From NCBI GenBank assembly GCA_021323775.1, contig JAJPKK010000155.1, positions 9,080 to 73,079 on the forward strand: a stretch of DNA of 64,000 nt, in the 5' to 3' direction. A model generated the notes under the pieces. The model did no database searches. It worked only from the letters and a program-made list of their open reading frames with translations, and was not told the origin of the DNA. The translations under genes were made by a program, and so were the position numbers. Within the stretch, counting starts at the first letter, position 1. Each line of letters begins with the position of its first letter. Positions 46,399 to 56,413 of the stretch are shown here, one piece after another. The stretch comes from Hyphomicrobiales bacterium. GTDB lineage: Bacteria; Pseudomonadota; Alphaproteobacteria; Rhizobiales; Xanthobacteraceae.

Positions 46399-46466
46399 GC
46401 GTAGGGCGCAATAGCGAAGCGTGCTGCGCCGGGGAAGGCGGATTACGAACGCTAATCCGCCCGACG
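46399..46466. repeat. REP family C (GGCGGATTA-cgaacgc-TAATCCGCC core)
   Basis: Perfect 9-bp arms at 46437-46461, immediately 3' of the 46477..46812 gene. Probably acts as its terminator. Confidence 0.55.
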
Positions 46467-46476
46467 CTGGAAACTT

Positions 46477-46812
46477 TCAGGGAATGCTTTTGCTCACTCC
46501 GCTTTCCTGCTGATTGAGCGCCTTCCATTCGGAGCGTGTAAGATGGCCGCCGTGCTGCGAGGCTTCAAACCGTTCCTCCTTGCGGATAAACCGATCTTCC
46601 GCATGAAGGGCATGCGCCTGGGCCGCAGTAATTTTGCCGTGCTTCTCCGCTTGATTGATCCGCCAATTCTGGACCCTGAGGCGCGCATTCACCTCCGCCC
46701 GGCCCGGATGGTTCTTGGCCCATCCGGCGGCTGCAAACTCGCTGCTGGCAGCGAGAAGCCCCAGCGACAGCAGAGCGATGGTAAAGCAGGAACCGTTGGA
46801 TTTCGCGAACAT
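46477..46812 (-). CDS. hypothetical exported protein
   Basis: ORF trimmed to MFAKSNGSCFTIALLSLGLLAASSEFAAA, with SD GGAAGGAAG. High GC3. Confidence 0.6.
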   Translation of the reverse strand: MFAKSNGSCFTIALLSLGLLAASSEFAAAGWAKNHPGRAEVNARLRVQNWRINQAEKHGKITAAQAHALHAEDRFIRKEERFEASQHGGHLTRSEWKALNQQESGVSKSIP

Positions 46813-46964
46813 GGTTGCTTCCTTCCGTGGATGGCGGGTGATTGATTTCACCCCCACGCATCGGTCGAATGGATTTTCCCGGAGGTTCGCGAATCCGCGC
46901 GAGCCAAATCCAAAACCGACCCTTTCGTGACCCGCATCACAAAAGGTCCGTGCGTCAATCTTTT

Positions 46965-47738
46965 TTATGTCAACACAATCGCATTGATATGCCTGCCGTA
47001 GTCAGCCTCGCCCCGATGCGTCATGCGCCGGTAGCTGAAGAACTTCTCCGCATCGGCATACGTGCAGGCGTCGATGTCCTCGATCGTTCCGATGCCGGCG
47101 GCGGCGAGGCGCGCCGCCACATAGCCGGCAAGATCGAACATGAAATGCCGCTCCCGTGTGCTCGGGCGAAAGAACCGGGCATTGGCGGGGTCAGCGGCGA
47201 CGAAGCGATCCCACACATCGGTTCCGATCTCGTAGTGCGGCTGCCGGATCATCGGGCCGAGCGCCGCAACGATCCGCTCCCGCGCAGCGCCGAGACGCTC
47301 CATGGCGGCGATGGTCTCGTCAGTCACCCCGGCGAGCGCACCCCGCCAGCCCGCGTGCGCGGCCCCAATGACGCGCGCCTGTGCATCCGCGAACAGCACC
47401 GGCCCGCAGTCCGCCGTCGAGACGCCGATGGCAAGCCCCGCAACCCTGGTGACGATTGCGTCCGCGCGCGGCCGCGAGTGAGGCCGCCAGGGCTCGACCG
47501 CGACAACGGCATTGCGCGAATGGACCTGATAGCAGGTGAGGAAATGCTCCGGCGGCACCCCCAGCGCAGCCGCCATCCGGGCGCGGTTTTCTGCCACGTT
47601 CCGCGGCTCGTCATCGGAGCCAACGCCGGCGTTGAGGCTTGCATAGACGCCCTTTGAAACGCCGCCCGCCCGCGTAAAGAACGCGTGGCGGATGCCGGGA
47701 AGTCGCGCCAGCATATGCGCCCGAAGCGGCTGCGTCAC
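46965..47738 (-). CDS. pgeF: peptidoglycan editing factor PgeF (YfiH/DUF152 laccase-domain protein)
   Basis: GIRHAFFTRAGGVS.G.YASLN .. TADCGPVLF .. AHAGWRG. Confidence 0.85.
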   Translation of the reverse strand: MTQPLRAHMLARLPGIRHAFFTRAGGVSKGVYASLNAGVGSDDEPRNVAENRARMAAALGVPPEHFLTCYQVHSRNAVVAVEPWRPHSRPRADAIVTRVAGLAIGVSTADCGPVLFADAQARVIGAAHAGWRGALAGVTDETIAAMERLGAARERIVAALGPMIRQPHYEIGTDVWDRFVAADPANARFFRPSTRERHFMFDLAGYVAARLAAAGIGTIEDIDACTYADAEKFFSYRRMTHRGEADYGRHINAIVLT

Positions 47739-48838
47739 GGTGTAAACCCCGGCAGGTGTGCAATGGCGGGCGCCGAGAATGCGATCGCCTTGAACAGCGA
47801 ACCCATCTGGTCCGGCCCGGTTCCGGTGAGACGGAGGAGAGCCGCAGCGATGTCGGCGCGTTTCGATTCGGGCGCATTGGCCTCAAGCATCGCAGCGCGA
47901 GTCTCGATCCCGAGGCGCTTTAACCATGTGCCCTGCTCGACCGGCCCGTGAACGCGCGCGCCCGCCGCTTCCGCCGCCTTGCTGAGCGCCTCGAAGTCCA
48001 CATGGGCGGTGAGGTCGGTCAAGCCCGGCAATGTCAGCGGATTCGCGTATCGATGAGACCGTACCGCTTGCAACGTGTCGCCGGTCGCGCTTTTGAGGTG
48101 ACCGTAATCAATGATGAGCGCCGCTCCGCCGGCGGCGGCCCGGCGCGCAATCTCGATTGTGAGCTTGCAAGGCCGCCACTCGAAGAGTTCGCCGATTCGC
48201 GCATGCGCCACGGCCGCCGGCAGCTTCCACCCGAGATCGGTGAGCGGCTCATGCGCCACGGTCAGCGTCAGCGCGCCGCTTGCGTCCACCGCGACCATCC
48301 GCTCGTGCCAACCGGTCGGACGGCGCTCGGCCTGGCGGACCGGGAGCGCGTCGAAGAATTCGTTGGCTACGATAATGCAAGGACGGGCTGGCACTTCGTC
48401 GATGCTTGCATGCCAATGCAAGGCCACGTCATCGACGCCGCTCAGCGTCCGGCGTTGCTGCGATTGCAGCTTGGAGCTCGTCTCGATGAGATGCACGCGC
48501 ACGGCCCGGCGGAACTCCGGCGCCGCCCGTGCGGCGCGGAGCGCGTCTCGCATCATCGTGCCACGGCCCGGACCGAACTCGATCAACGCGACCGGAGCGG
48601 GCCTGCCCATGGACCGCCAGACTTGCGCGGTCCACAGGCCAATCATTTCGCCGAACATCTGGCTGATCTCCGGCGCTGTGATGAAATCGCCAGCCGCGCC
48701 GAACGGGACGCGCTGGTTGTAATAGCCGTGCTGCGGATCGTAGAGGCACAGAGCCATGAACTCCGCAATCGGAATGGGTCCCGCACGCGCAATGCGGGCG
48801 CGAATTTCAGCGTCCAGCGGAGTGCGCTGCTCGGTCAT
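47735..48838 (-). CDS. SAM-dependent methyltransferase, MidA/NDUFAF7 (DUF185) family
   Basis: ORF trimmed to MTEQRTPLDAEIR. Contains GDFITAPEISQMFGE and LIEFGPGRGTMM. Confidence 0.8.
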   Translation of the reverse strand: MTEQRTPLDAEIRARIARAGPIPIAEFMALCLYDPQHGYYNQRVPFGAAGDFITAPEISQMFGEMIGLWTAQVWRSMGRPAPVALIEFGPGRGTMMRDALRAARAAPEFRRAVRVHLIETSSKLQSQQRRTLSGVDDVALHWHASIDEVPARPCIIVANEFFDALPVRQAERRPTGWHERMVAVDASGALTLTVAHEPLTDLGWKLPAAVAHARIGELFEWRPCKLTIEIARRAAAGGAALIIDYGHLKSATGDTLQAVRSHRYANPLTLPGLTDLTAHVDFEALSKAAEAAGARVHGPVEQGTWLKRLGIETRAAMLEANAPESKRADIAAALLRLTGTGPDQMGSLFKAIAFSAPAIAHLPGFTP

Positions 48839-48840
48839 TC

Positions 48841-49662
48841 TTAACGATACGCCGGCTGCCGCCGCAGCGCGAAAGCGATCAGCAGGACGCCGCCGATGAA
48901 AAGCGGTAGGGAAAGCACCATGCCCATGGTCATGCCGCCCCATAAGAATCCGAGCTGCTGATCGGGTTCGCGGAAGAATTCGCAGAACGACCGCATCACC
49001 GCGTAGAGAGCCGAAAAGGCCCCGAGGATGAGGCCGCGGCGACGGAGCGCGCCCGCTCGCACCATGAGGCCAAGGACAATGAGCAGCACGAGCCCTTCGA
49101 GGCCCGCCTCGTACAACTGGCTTGGATGGCGAGGGATCGGCCCGCCGCGAGGAAAGACCATAGCCCACGGCACGTCGGTAAACCGGCCCCACAATTCGCC
49201 ATTGACGAAATTCGCGAGGCGGCCGAGCAAAAGTCCGATCGGAGCAACCGCGCAGGTGAGATCGCCCAGCGACAGGATCGGCAGTTTGCGCATAATGGCG
49301 AAGCCGATGACGGCGACCACGCAGCCAAGAAAGCCGCCATGAAACGACATGCCGCCGTTCCAGACCTGGACGATCTCCAACGGGTGCTCGATGAAATGCG
49401 GCAGGTTATAGAACAGCACATAACCGGTGCGTCCGCCGAGGATGATGCCGAGCGTCAGCCAGAGGATGAAATCGTCAAAGTCCTCGACTTTTAACGGCGC
49501 TGGCCCGCCCCAGTTTCGTTCATCGCGGATCATGGCGCGCGCATAGATCCAGCCGAGGAGAATTCCGAAGATGTAGGCGAGCGCGTACCAGCGGATCGCA
49601 AACGGCCCGATGGTGACGAGCACGGGATCGAAGTCAGGAAACGGAATGATTGAGACCGGCAT
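48841..49662 (-). CDS. lgt: prolipoprotein diacylglyceryl transferase
   Basis: ORF trimmed to [14 protein letters not shown]. Contains [13 protein letters not shown] and GGMSFHGG. Confidence 0.9.
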   Translation of the reverse strand: MPVSIIPFPDFDPVLVTIGPFAIRWYALAYIFGILLGWIYARAMIRDERNWGGPAPLKVEDFDDFILWLTLGIILGGRTGYVLFYNLPHFIEHPLEIVQVWNGGMSFHGGFLGCVVAVIGFAIMRKLPILSLGDLTCAVAPIGLLLGRLANFVNGELWGRFTDVPWAMVFPRGGPIPRHPSQLYEAGLEGLVLLIVLGLMVRAGALRRRGLILGAFSALYAVMRSFCEFFREPDQQLGFLWGGMTMGMVLSLPLFIGGVLLIAFALRRQPAYR

Positions 49663-49860
49663 GAATGAGCATCCGGGAGCGGACGAAGCCTGCTCCAATG
49701 AAAGCGCGTTTACCCGGCCCGGAACTTGCACTCAAGCGGGTCAATCGCCATTGTATTGGGGCGCGGCGGGTTGCCGCGTCCCGGCGCTGATTACGGTGGT
49801 GCGCCTTTTCCAAACGGGGCTGCGCGACGGCTTGGCGCGAGAGGGAGCACGGAGACCGCA

Positions 49861-50136
49861 ATGGTGCAGACGACGGGAAGATTTTACGATGAATTCGCCA
49901 GGCTGATAAACGATGCAGCCGGCGTTGCTCAAGGGGTGCGGCGGGAATTCGATACCGTGCTCCGCACCCAGGCGGAGCGGATTTTACGCGATCTCGACGT
50001 GGTTCATCGCGAGGAGTTCGAGGCAGTCAAGGAGATGGCCCGCCTGGCGCGGGAGGAAAACGAAGCGCTTAAGGCTCGGATCGCTGCATTGGAGGCCAAG
50101 CTTGCAGCGCCGCCGACAGGGAGCGCTACGCTCTGA
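49861..50136 (+). CDS. ubiK: accessory factor UbiK (BMFP/YqiC) family protein
   Basis: MVQTTGRFYDEFARLINDAAG .. VHREEFEAVKEMARLAREENEAL coiled coil. Confidence 0.75.
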   Translation: MVQTTGRFYDEFARLINDAAGVAQGVRREFDTVLRTQAERILRDLDVVHREEFEAVKEMARLAREENEALKARIAALEAKLAAPPTGSATL

Positions 50137-50216
50137 GGACCCACACGGTCCCTGGCGGAACTTAACCGGGCAGCCTGGGTTGAGTACTCGCAGCCTTTGC
50201 CGTTCGGAGGCCATGC

Positions 50217-50543
50217 ATGGATAAGGCGAGAACCGTGCTCAAGATCGGCGCGATCTGCGCCGCCGTGGTGCTTGCGTCGACTGCGGCCGAGGCCAAAGGG
50301 TGCATCAAAGGGGCCATTGTCGGGGGCCTGGGCGGCCACTACATCGGCCACACCGTATTGGGCGCTGCGGCGGGATGCCTGGTCGGGCGGCACGAGGCGC
50401 ACAGACGCGCACGCGCGGCGGCGCATCCGGCGCAACCTCCACCTTCGCGTTCGGCGCAAACGCCGGCGGCGCGCCCGGTGCAGACTCTGCCTTCAGGCTC
50501 CGCACAATCTATCCATTCGCGCTCGACCCAATTCGGTCGCTGA
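50217..50543 (+). CDS. small exported glycine-zipper protein
   Basis: Signal peptide followed by GAIVGGLGGHYIGHTVLGAAAGCLVG. Confidence 0.5.
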   Translation: MDKARTVLKIGAICAAVVLASTAAEAKGCIKGAIVGGLGGHYIGHTVLGAAAGCLVGRHEAHRRARAAAHPAQPPPSRSAQTPAARPVQTLPSGSAQSIHSRSTQFGR

Positions 50544-50730
50544 TCTTCTAATCTTCTAATCGCGGGCTCGCATCTCGCGACGCGGTGCTGAGCCCCTCCA
50601 GCACGTCTTCCGCCCGGGCCCTGTTACTGTACCTCGCTTCCCCGTGGTGACCCGCTGGAAGTGCTGGAGCGGTGATCAGCGGCTTTCTGCCGGCACGGCA
50701 TTCTGCTGGTTCCTGCTCTCGGCTGGTTCC

Positions 50731-50759
50731 TTGTCATTTGCCAACGCCGCCGCTATAAG
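50731..50759 (+). promoter_or_regulatory. sigma-70-like promoter candidate upstream of rplY
   Basis: TTGTCA - 17 nt - TATAAG. It would give a roughly 215-nt leader that contains a REP unit. Confidence 0.25.
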
Positions 50760-50851
50760 CCTCGCAACCGCGGCTCCAGAACACCCCTGGAGGTCGGCCG
50801 CGGGACCAAACCCTGCTCCGGCCTATATTGGCAACAGGGGGCAGGGGTTTT

Positions 50852-50896
50852 TCCCTCGCTTCCCTCCTTCGCTTGCCAGGGAAGGTGGGGAGAGAG
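50852..50896. repeat. REP family A-like unit in the rplY leader
   Basis: tccctcgcttccctccttcgcttgccagggaaggtggggagaga. Confidence 0.5.
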
Positions 50897-50980
50897 CAAC
50901 GCGAAAGGGCGCGGCGAACCTTTCCGACCTACCCTGTCGGCGCGGCGCGTTGCCTTAACGCAGAGCAAGGAACAGGAAAA

Positions 50981-51700
50981 ATGGCGACCGTCAAGGAAAT
51001 CAAGGCAATGACGCGCCCGCAGGCCGGTAAGGGGGCCGCCCGGGCCGTTCGCCGTGCGGGCCGCGTGCCCGGCGTAATCTATGGGGACAATCAGCCCCCG
51101 CTCAACATCTCGCTCGACCATGCGGAGCTGCGCCAGCGGATCTACGCCGGCAAGTTCCTGACCAGTCTTTACGACATCGAAGTAGACGGCGCCAAGCACC
51201 GGGTGATCCCGCGCGATTTCCAGGTCGATCCGGTGCGCGACGCGCCGATTCATGTGGATTTCATGCGGCTGGGCGAAGGGGCCACCATCCGGGTGCGCAT
51301 TCCGGTTCGCGTCGTTAATACTGACCAGTCCCCCGGCATCAAGCGCGGCGGCACGGTTAACATCGTGACCCACACGATCGACGTGCGCTGTCCGGCCGAT
51401 GCCATCCCGGACGCTTTCGAGGTCGACGTTGCGGGACTTGAGATCAATCATTCAAGGCATCTCAGCGACATCAAGCTGCCGCCGAACGTGCGTCCTTTCA
51501 TGCATGTTGACGCGACCTTGGTGACGATCGTGCCGCCGTCCGGCTATGCGGAAGAGATGAAGGCCGCCGCCGAGGCGGCCGCGGCGGCTGCGGCTGCCGC
51601 CGCTGCAGCGCCGGCTCCCGGGGCTGCTCCCGGCGCGCCGGCCGCTGCGCCGGGCGCGCCGGCCGCCGCCCCAGCGGCCGGAGGCGGCGAGAAGAAATAA
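50981..51700 (+). CDS. rplY: 50S ribosomal protein L25/general stress protein Ctc
   Basis: ORF trimmed to [35 protein letters not shown]. Ala/Pro-rich C-terminal tail. Confidence 0.9.
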   Translation: MATVKEIKAMTRPQAGKGAARAVRRAGRVPGVIYGDNQPPLNISLDHAELRQRIYAGKFLTSLYDIEVDGAKHRVIPRDFQVDPVRDAPIHVDFMRLGEGATIRVRIPVRVVNTDQSPGIKRGGTVNIVTHTIDVRCPADAIPDAFEVDVAGLEINHSRHLSDIKLPPNVRPFMHVDATLVTIVPPSGYAEEMKAAAEAAAAAAAAAAAAPAPGAAPGAPAAAPGAPAAAPAAGGGEKK

Positions 51701-51777
51701 GCAGGCGTCCCACGCGGCTCGTGGTCGGGCTTGGCGATCCGGCAGAGCAATCGCGGTTCTCAAAGGTTTGGCGCGCC

Positions 51778-52392
51778 ATGCAGCTCCTGGTCGGGCTCGG
51801 CAATCCGGGCCCGCGCTATGCCGGCAATCGACACAATGTCGGCTTCATGGCCGTCGAAGCCATCGCCCGACGCCACCGGATCGGACCATGGCGGCGGCGC
51901 TTTCGAGGCGTCACGGCAGAAGGCCCAGTCAACGGCGAACGTGTCCTGCTGCTGCTGCCTGAAACCTACATGAACGACTCCGGCCTTGCGGTCGGGGAGG
52001 CGGCGCATTTTTACAAGATCGACGTCGGCAACATCGTCGTCTTCCATGACGAAATCGACCTGCCGCCTGCCAAGGTGCGGGTCAAGACCGGCGGCGGCAA
52101 CGCAGGCCACAATGGCTTGCGTTCGATCTCGTCCCATGTGGGCAATGACTACCGCCGGGTTCGCATCGGGGTCGGTCACCCGGGCGCCAAGGAGCTGGTT
52201 TACCCTTATGTGCTTAGCGACTTCGCCAAAGCGGAGCGGCCATGGGTCGAAGCGGTGTGCGACATCATCGCCGACAATGTCGTCATGATTGTCAGAGGAG
52301 AGGACTCCAGTTTCCAAAACAAACTGCACCTTGCAATGCAGGCGAAGGGCTTTGGGAACGTGCTGGGGCCGGGAGAGCCAGAGGCGGAATAG
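51778..52392 (+). CDS. pth: peptidyl-tRNA hydrolase
   Basis: ORF trimmed to [23 protein letters not shown]. Confidence 0.95.
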   Translation: MQLLVGLGNPGPRYAGNRHNVGFMAVEAIARRHRIGPWRRRFRGVTAEGPVNGERVLLLLPETYMNDSGLAVGEAAHFYKIDVGNIVVFHDEIDLPPAKVRVKTGGGNAGHNGLRSISSHVGNDYRRVRIGVGHPGAKELVYPYVLSDFAKAERPWVEAVCDIIADNVVMIVRGEDSSFQNKLHLAMQAKGFGNVLGPGEPEAE

Positions 52393-52539
52393 CAGGGCAG
52401 GCTTGACACAAAAACAGCGAAACACGAAATTCGTGCTTTAGGTGAGCCATGAAGAACGTCTCAGTGACTCTGGATGACGCGAGAGCAGCGCGCGGGCGTC
52501 GAGGCGGCAAGTCGCGGCAAGTCTTCTGAGTAAACCAGC

Positions 52540-53637
52540 ATGGGTTTCAAATGCGGCATCGTCGGGTTGCCGAACGTGGGCAAATCGACGCTTTTTAATG
52601 CCTTGACCGCAACGGCGGCGGCGCAGGCGGCGAAATATCCCTTCAGCACCGTCGAGGCCAATATCGGCGAGGTGGCGGTGCCGGATCCGCGCCTTGACGT
52701 GCTGGCGAAGCTTGCCAGGTCAGCCAAGCTCGTGCCGACCCGCATCGCTTTCGTGGACATTGCCGGGCTCGTCAGCGGCGCGTCCAGGGGCGAGGGGCTT
52801 GGCAATCAGTTCCTCGCCGTGATCCGCGAGGTCGACGCCATCGCGCATGTGGTGCGCTGCTTCGAGAACCCCGACATCCCCCATGTCAATGACCGGATCG
52901 ATCCGATTGCCGACATCGACACCATCGAGACCGAGCTCATGCTTGCTGATCTCGACAGCCTTGAGCGGCGCATCGACGGCCTCGCCAAGAAGGTAAAGGG
53001 AGGCGATGCGGAGGCAAAGCTGTCCCTCGACCTCATCAATCGCGCGCTCGGCCTGCTGCGCGACGGCAAACCGGCGCGGTTCGTCGAGGTCAGGCCCGAT
53101 GAAGAGAAGGCGTTCCGCGGCCTCGGCCTGCTGACATCGAAGCCGGTTCTCTACGTCTGCAACGTAGACGAAGCTGCGGCCGCGACCGGCAACGACTTTT
53201 CGCGCCGGGTCGAGCAGCGCGCACAACAGGAGGGCGCCCGCGTGGTGGTGATCGCGGCCCAGATCGAAGCCGAGATCGCTGTGCTGCCGGCGGCAGAGCG
53301 AGCCGAGTATCTCAATGCAATCGGCCTCAGAGAGGCGGGTCTCGATCGTCTCATCCGCGCCGGCTATGATCTTCTGCGCCTCCTCACGTATTTCACCGCG
53401 GGCCCCAAGGAGGCGAAAGCCTGGACCATTACCCGCGGCACCAAGGCGCCCCAGGCGGCGGGCGTCATCCACAGCGATTTCGAGCGCGGCTTTATCCGGG
53501 CCGAGACCATTGCGTATGACGACTACGTGGCGCTCGGCGGTGAAGCGGGCGCCCGCGACGCCGGCCGCTTGCGCCTCGAAGGCAAGGAATACGTGGTCGC
53601 TGACGGGGACGTCATGCATTTTCGCTTTGCGACATGA
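52540..53637 (+). CDS. ychF: redox-regulated ATPase YchF
   Basis: MGFKCGIVGLPNVGKSTLFNALT; C-terminal TGS-like GDVMHFRF. Confidence 0.95.
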   Translation: MGFKCGIVGLPNVGKSTLFNALTATAAAQAAKYPFSTVEANIGEVAVPDPRLDVLAKLARSAKLVPTRIAFVDIAGLVSGASRGEGLGNQFLAVIREVDAIAHVVRCFENPDIPHVNDRIDPIADIDTIETELMLADLDSLERRIDGLAKKVKGGDAEAKLSLDLINRALGLLRDGKPARFVEVRPDEEKAFRGLGLLTSKPVLYVCNVDEAAAATGNDFSRRVEQRAQQEGARVVVIAAQIEAEIAVLPAAERAEYLNAIGLREAGLDRLIRAGYDLLRLLTYFTAGPKEAKAWTITRGTKAPQAAGVIHSDFERGFIRAETIAYDDYVALGGEAGARDAGRLRLEGKEYVVADGDVMHFRFAT

Positions 53638-53652
53638 CGCGACGGGGAGGAC

Positions 53653-54120
53653 ATGCGCGCCTTCGAGGATTTCAGGGTCGGCGACATCATTGAGTTTGCG
53701 CCGCTCGCCGTTACCGCCGCCGACATCAAATCCTTCGCGGCGCGATTCGATCCCCAGCCCATGCATCTCGACGAGGCCGCCCAACAAAACACCATTGTGG
53801 GCGGCCTGTTCGCGTCGGGCCTGCACATCGTGTGCATGCATATGCGTCTGTTCGCCGACGGCGTTCTGCGCGACAGCACGTCGATGGGCAGCCCCGGGGT
53901 CGAGGAAATACGCTATCTTGCGCCGGTGCGCGCGGGCGACAGCCTCACATTGCGGGTTGAGATCGTCGGCGCACGGCCATCGAAGAGCCGCCCCGAGATG
54001 GGGCTGGTCAATTTTCGCAGCCGCATGGTCAATGGCGACGGCAAGGCGGTGATGGAGATGCGCGCGACCCTGATGTTCGGGCGGCGCAAAGTGGCCGGCG
54101 GGATTGAGGCGGCGAGATGA
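53653..54120 (+). CDS. MaoC family dehydratase (hotdog fold)
   Basis: FEDFRVGD..FAARFDPQPMHLDE.. Confidence 0.8.
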   Translation: MRAFEDFRVGDIIEFAPLAVTAADIKSFAARFDPQPMHLDEAAQQNTIVGGLFASGLHIVCMHMRLFADGVLRDSTSMGSPGVEEIRYLAPVRAGDSLTLRVEIVGARPSKSRPEMGLVNFRSRMVNGDGKAVMEMRATLMFGRRKVAGGIEAAR

Positions 54121-54614
54121 CCTATTTCGAGGATCTGAGGGTCGGCAACCGCACGGAAGTCGGCAGGCACACATTCACGGCTGAGGAAATCAAGGCGTTC
54201 GCGCGGGAATTCGACCCGCAGCCTTTTCACCTCGACGAGGAGGCGGCGGCGCGCTCGCATTTCGGCGCGCTCTGCGCATCGGGGTGGCACACCGCGGCAA
54301 TTTGCTTGCGCCACGTCGTGCTGGCGCGCCACCGCGAGCAAGCGGACCGGCGCCAGCGCGGCGAGCCGGTGGCGAAGACCGGGCCGTCACCAGGCCTGCG
54401 CGATCTTAAATGGCCGAGGCCCGTCTATGTGGGCGACACCATCACGTTCGCCCAGGAAATCGTGGAATTGCGGACGGCCGCCAATCGCCCCGAGGTCGGA
54501 CTGCGCGTCGCCCGCCATACCGGCACCAACCAGCGCGGCGAACTCGTCTATTCGGTGCTGAGCAGCACCTTCATCGAGCGGCGCACGCACGATCTGGATG
54601 GCGCGCAAGGGTAG
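54117..54614 (+). CDS. MaoC family dehydratase (hotdog fold)
   Basis: ATGA overlap. FEDLRVGN..FAREFDPQPFHLDE.. Paralogous to the upstream gene. Confidence 0.8.
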   Translation: MTYFEDLRVGNRTEVGRHTFTAEEIKAFAREFDPQPFHLDEEAAARSHFGALCASGWHTAAICLRHVVLARHREQADRRQRGEPVAKTGPSPGLRDLKWPRPVYVGDTITFAQEIVELRTAANRPEVGLRVARHTGTNQRGELVYSVLSSTFIERRTHDLDGAQG

Positions 54615-54905
54615 CGCAATAGCGCGGCGCGCTGCGCCGCGGCTCGCGGCAGATTGCGCCTTCGGATCATCTGTGCTGCGCGGGTTCAGGGACGCGAAGC
54701 CTCATCGCGAAAAATGAACGCTGCGTCCGGGGAATGGGCCCGCAAAGCGGCGGCCCCGCAGTCCCCGGCACACGGCTTCATCGGCCGGCGCCAGGAGGGA
54801 ATCGAGGGCCGATGATCGGAAAATTTCTATTGCGCGCCCGCCTTGCGCACGCAAAAATTCGACCCTAATTACGGCAAGAATGAAGTTTCCCAGGGAGGAA
54901 CCCCC

Positions 54906-55361
54906 ATGGAACTCCTCAAGCTCGTTGCCCTCGACCGGGACGACCTCGAGGTTGTTTCCACACACCTGCAGGATGCAACGCTGAGTGTCGGCGACGTGCA
55001 TTGGCGGCCTGCGGAAAAGCGGCTCGTGATGAGTTTGGCCCGGTTCGACTGGGCGGGGTCGCTCTGTGAGCGCGCGCAATTCCAGCGCCGCCGCACGGCG
55101 CTGCGGTTCGACCGCGTCAACAGCATCAAGTGCCGCAATGTCAATTGCAAGGACAAGCGAGCGATGTTCAACCTGCTCGCGGTCGAGTTCGACGAGAGTG
55201 ACCCGCCAGGCGGCGTGGTCACTTTAATCTTTTCTGGCGGCGCCGCCCTGCGGCTCGAGGTCGAATGCCTGGAATGCGAGTTGGTCGATCTCGGCCCGGT
55301 GTGGACGGAGACATGCCGCCCGATCCACACTGACGATGTCGATGACGTCAGGACGGCGTAG
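54906..55361 (+). CDS. DUF2948 family protein
   Basis: SD GGGAGGAA. ORF trimmed to MELLKLVALDRDDLEVVSTHLQDA. Confidence 0.7.
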   Translation: MELLKLVALDRDDLEVVSTHLQDATLSVGDVHWRPAEKRLVMSLARFDWAGSLCERAQFQRRRTALRFDRVNSIKCRNVNCKDKRAMFNLLAVEFDESDPPGGVVTLIFSGGAALRLEVECLECELVDLGPVWTETCRPIHTDDVDDVRTA

Positions 55362-55467
55362 GGGCAGATGCAGCAGACGCTGCCGCGGGACTGTGGCGCC
55401 CGCGGGGTGACAGTTTTCCGGTCATTTCTTTGGAGCGTATTTCGGTCGCATTGAATCGCCGCCCGTG

Positions 55468-55553
55468 TCATCGCCGGGCTCGTCCCGGCGACCCGAATGC
55501 TGAGGCACAGAGCAAGAACAATCGGGGTGGCGGGGACAAGCCCGGCCACGACC
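55468..55553. repeat. REP family D (gtcatcgccgggctcgtccc .. ggggacaagcccggccacgac inverted arms)
   Basis: About 20-bp imperfect inverted arms separated by about 45 bp. Confidence 0.5.
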
Positions 55554-55764
55554 GTGAGAGAAAGCGAAGCGCCTCAACCCGACCCGAATCTGCTCCGAGT
55601 CATTTTATTCCCGTGCTTGCGATTCGCCCCCGCGGCAGGCGGCGCGTCTTGTTCTCAAGCATCCGCCACGCGTCGGTGACCGTTTGCCGCGGAACGCTCG
55701 CCGCGGTTCCTGGAAACACCAAGGTTGAGGCCTGCGTTCTGACCGCAGCCAACAGGAGACAATC

Positions 55765-56265
55765 ATGCATAAAGCAATGCTGGCGGCGCTGGCAGTCGCG
55801 GCGCTGTCGGGACCGGCTGTCGCCCAGCAGGGCGGTCTGAACGGACAGTCCGCGACCGGACAACATATGCAGCCGCAATCGCGCACATCTCCGGACTCAT
55901 CGGATTCCTCGCAGGTGCTGGCCGGTTATCAGATTTCGCCGCAGCAACTGAGTTCGAGCCAGGTGCATCAGATACAGCAGGCGCTCGAGGCTCGGGGACA
56001 TAGCGCGGTCCGCGTGAACGGCGAGTGGGGACCGGACACCGAGGCGGCCCTCAAGGACTTTCAGAAATCGCAGAACATCACTTGGCAAACCGGGCAGCTC
56101 GATCTGCCGACCATTATGGCGCTTGGCCTCGATCCGTCGAGCTTTGGTCTCGCCGGCGCGAACGAAACCACAGGTCAGGCGCCGCGCGGCGGCGTCACGG
56201 AGCAGCAAATGCCAGGCATGCCGCGGCCCCCCATGCCACAAAGCGGCGGCAGGCAGGGCAAGTGA
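55765..56265 (+). CDS. exported peptidoglycan-binding domain protein
   Basis: Signal peptide MHKAMLAALAVAALSGPAVA. PG_binding_1-like region VHQIQQALEARGHSAVRVNGEWGPDTEAALKDFQ. Confidence 0.7.
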   Translation: MHKAMLAALAVAALSGPAVAQQGGLNGQSATGQHMQPQSRTSPDSSDSSQVLAGYQISPQQLSSSQVHQIQQALEARGHSAVRVNGEWGPDTEAALKDFQKSQNITWQTGQLDLPTIMALGLDPSSFGLAGANETTGQAPRGGVTEQQMPGMPRPPMPQSGGRQGK

Positions 56266-56287
56266 GATAAAGGACAACGGCTTAAAA

Positions 56288-56327
56288 AAGCATAACCCGC
56301 GGGCGTCATCCCGCGGGTTATGCTTTT
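56288..56327 (+). terminator. rho-independent terminator
   Basis: 16-bp stem aagcataacccgcggg / cccgcgggttatgctt followed by tt. Confidence 0.7.
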
Positions 56328-56413
56328 CCTCCGTGTTCCGATGAAGCCAATGGTAGATAACAGCGCCATTTGCTATGCGTCCCGCAGTCCTCCTGCGAGG
56401 GGAAGCTTGAGCT

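Noticed and set aside
50544-50562. Tandem tcttctaa x2 immediately after the glycine-zipper gene stop
   Set aside because: A trivial 8-bp duplication with no structural or coding consequence visible.
51540-51700. GC-rich repetitive DNA (gcc/gcg runs) that could look like a tandem repeat or array
   Set aside because: It is the Ala/Pro-rich low-complexity C-terminal tail of L25/Ctc, in frame with a clear ribosomal protein gene. It is not a CRISPR or satellite array.
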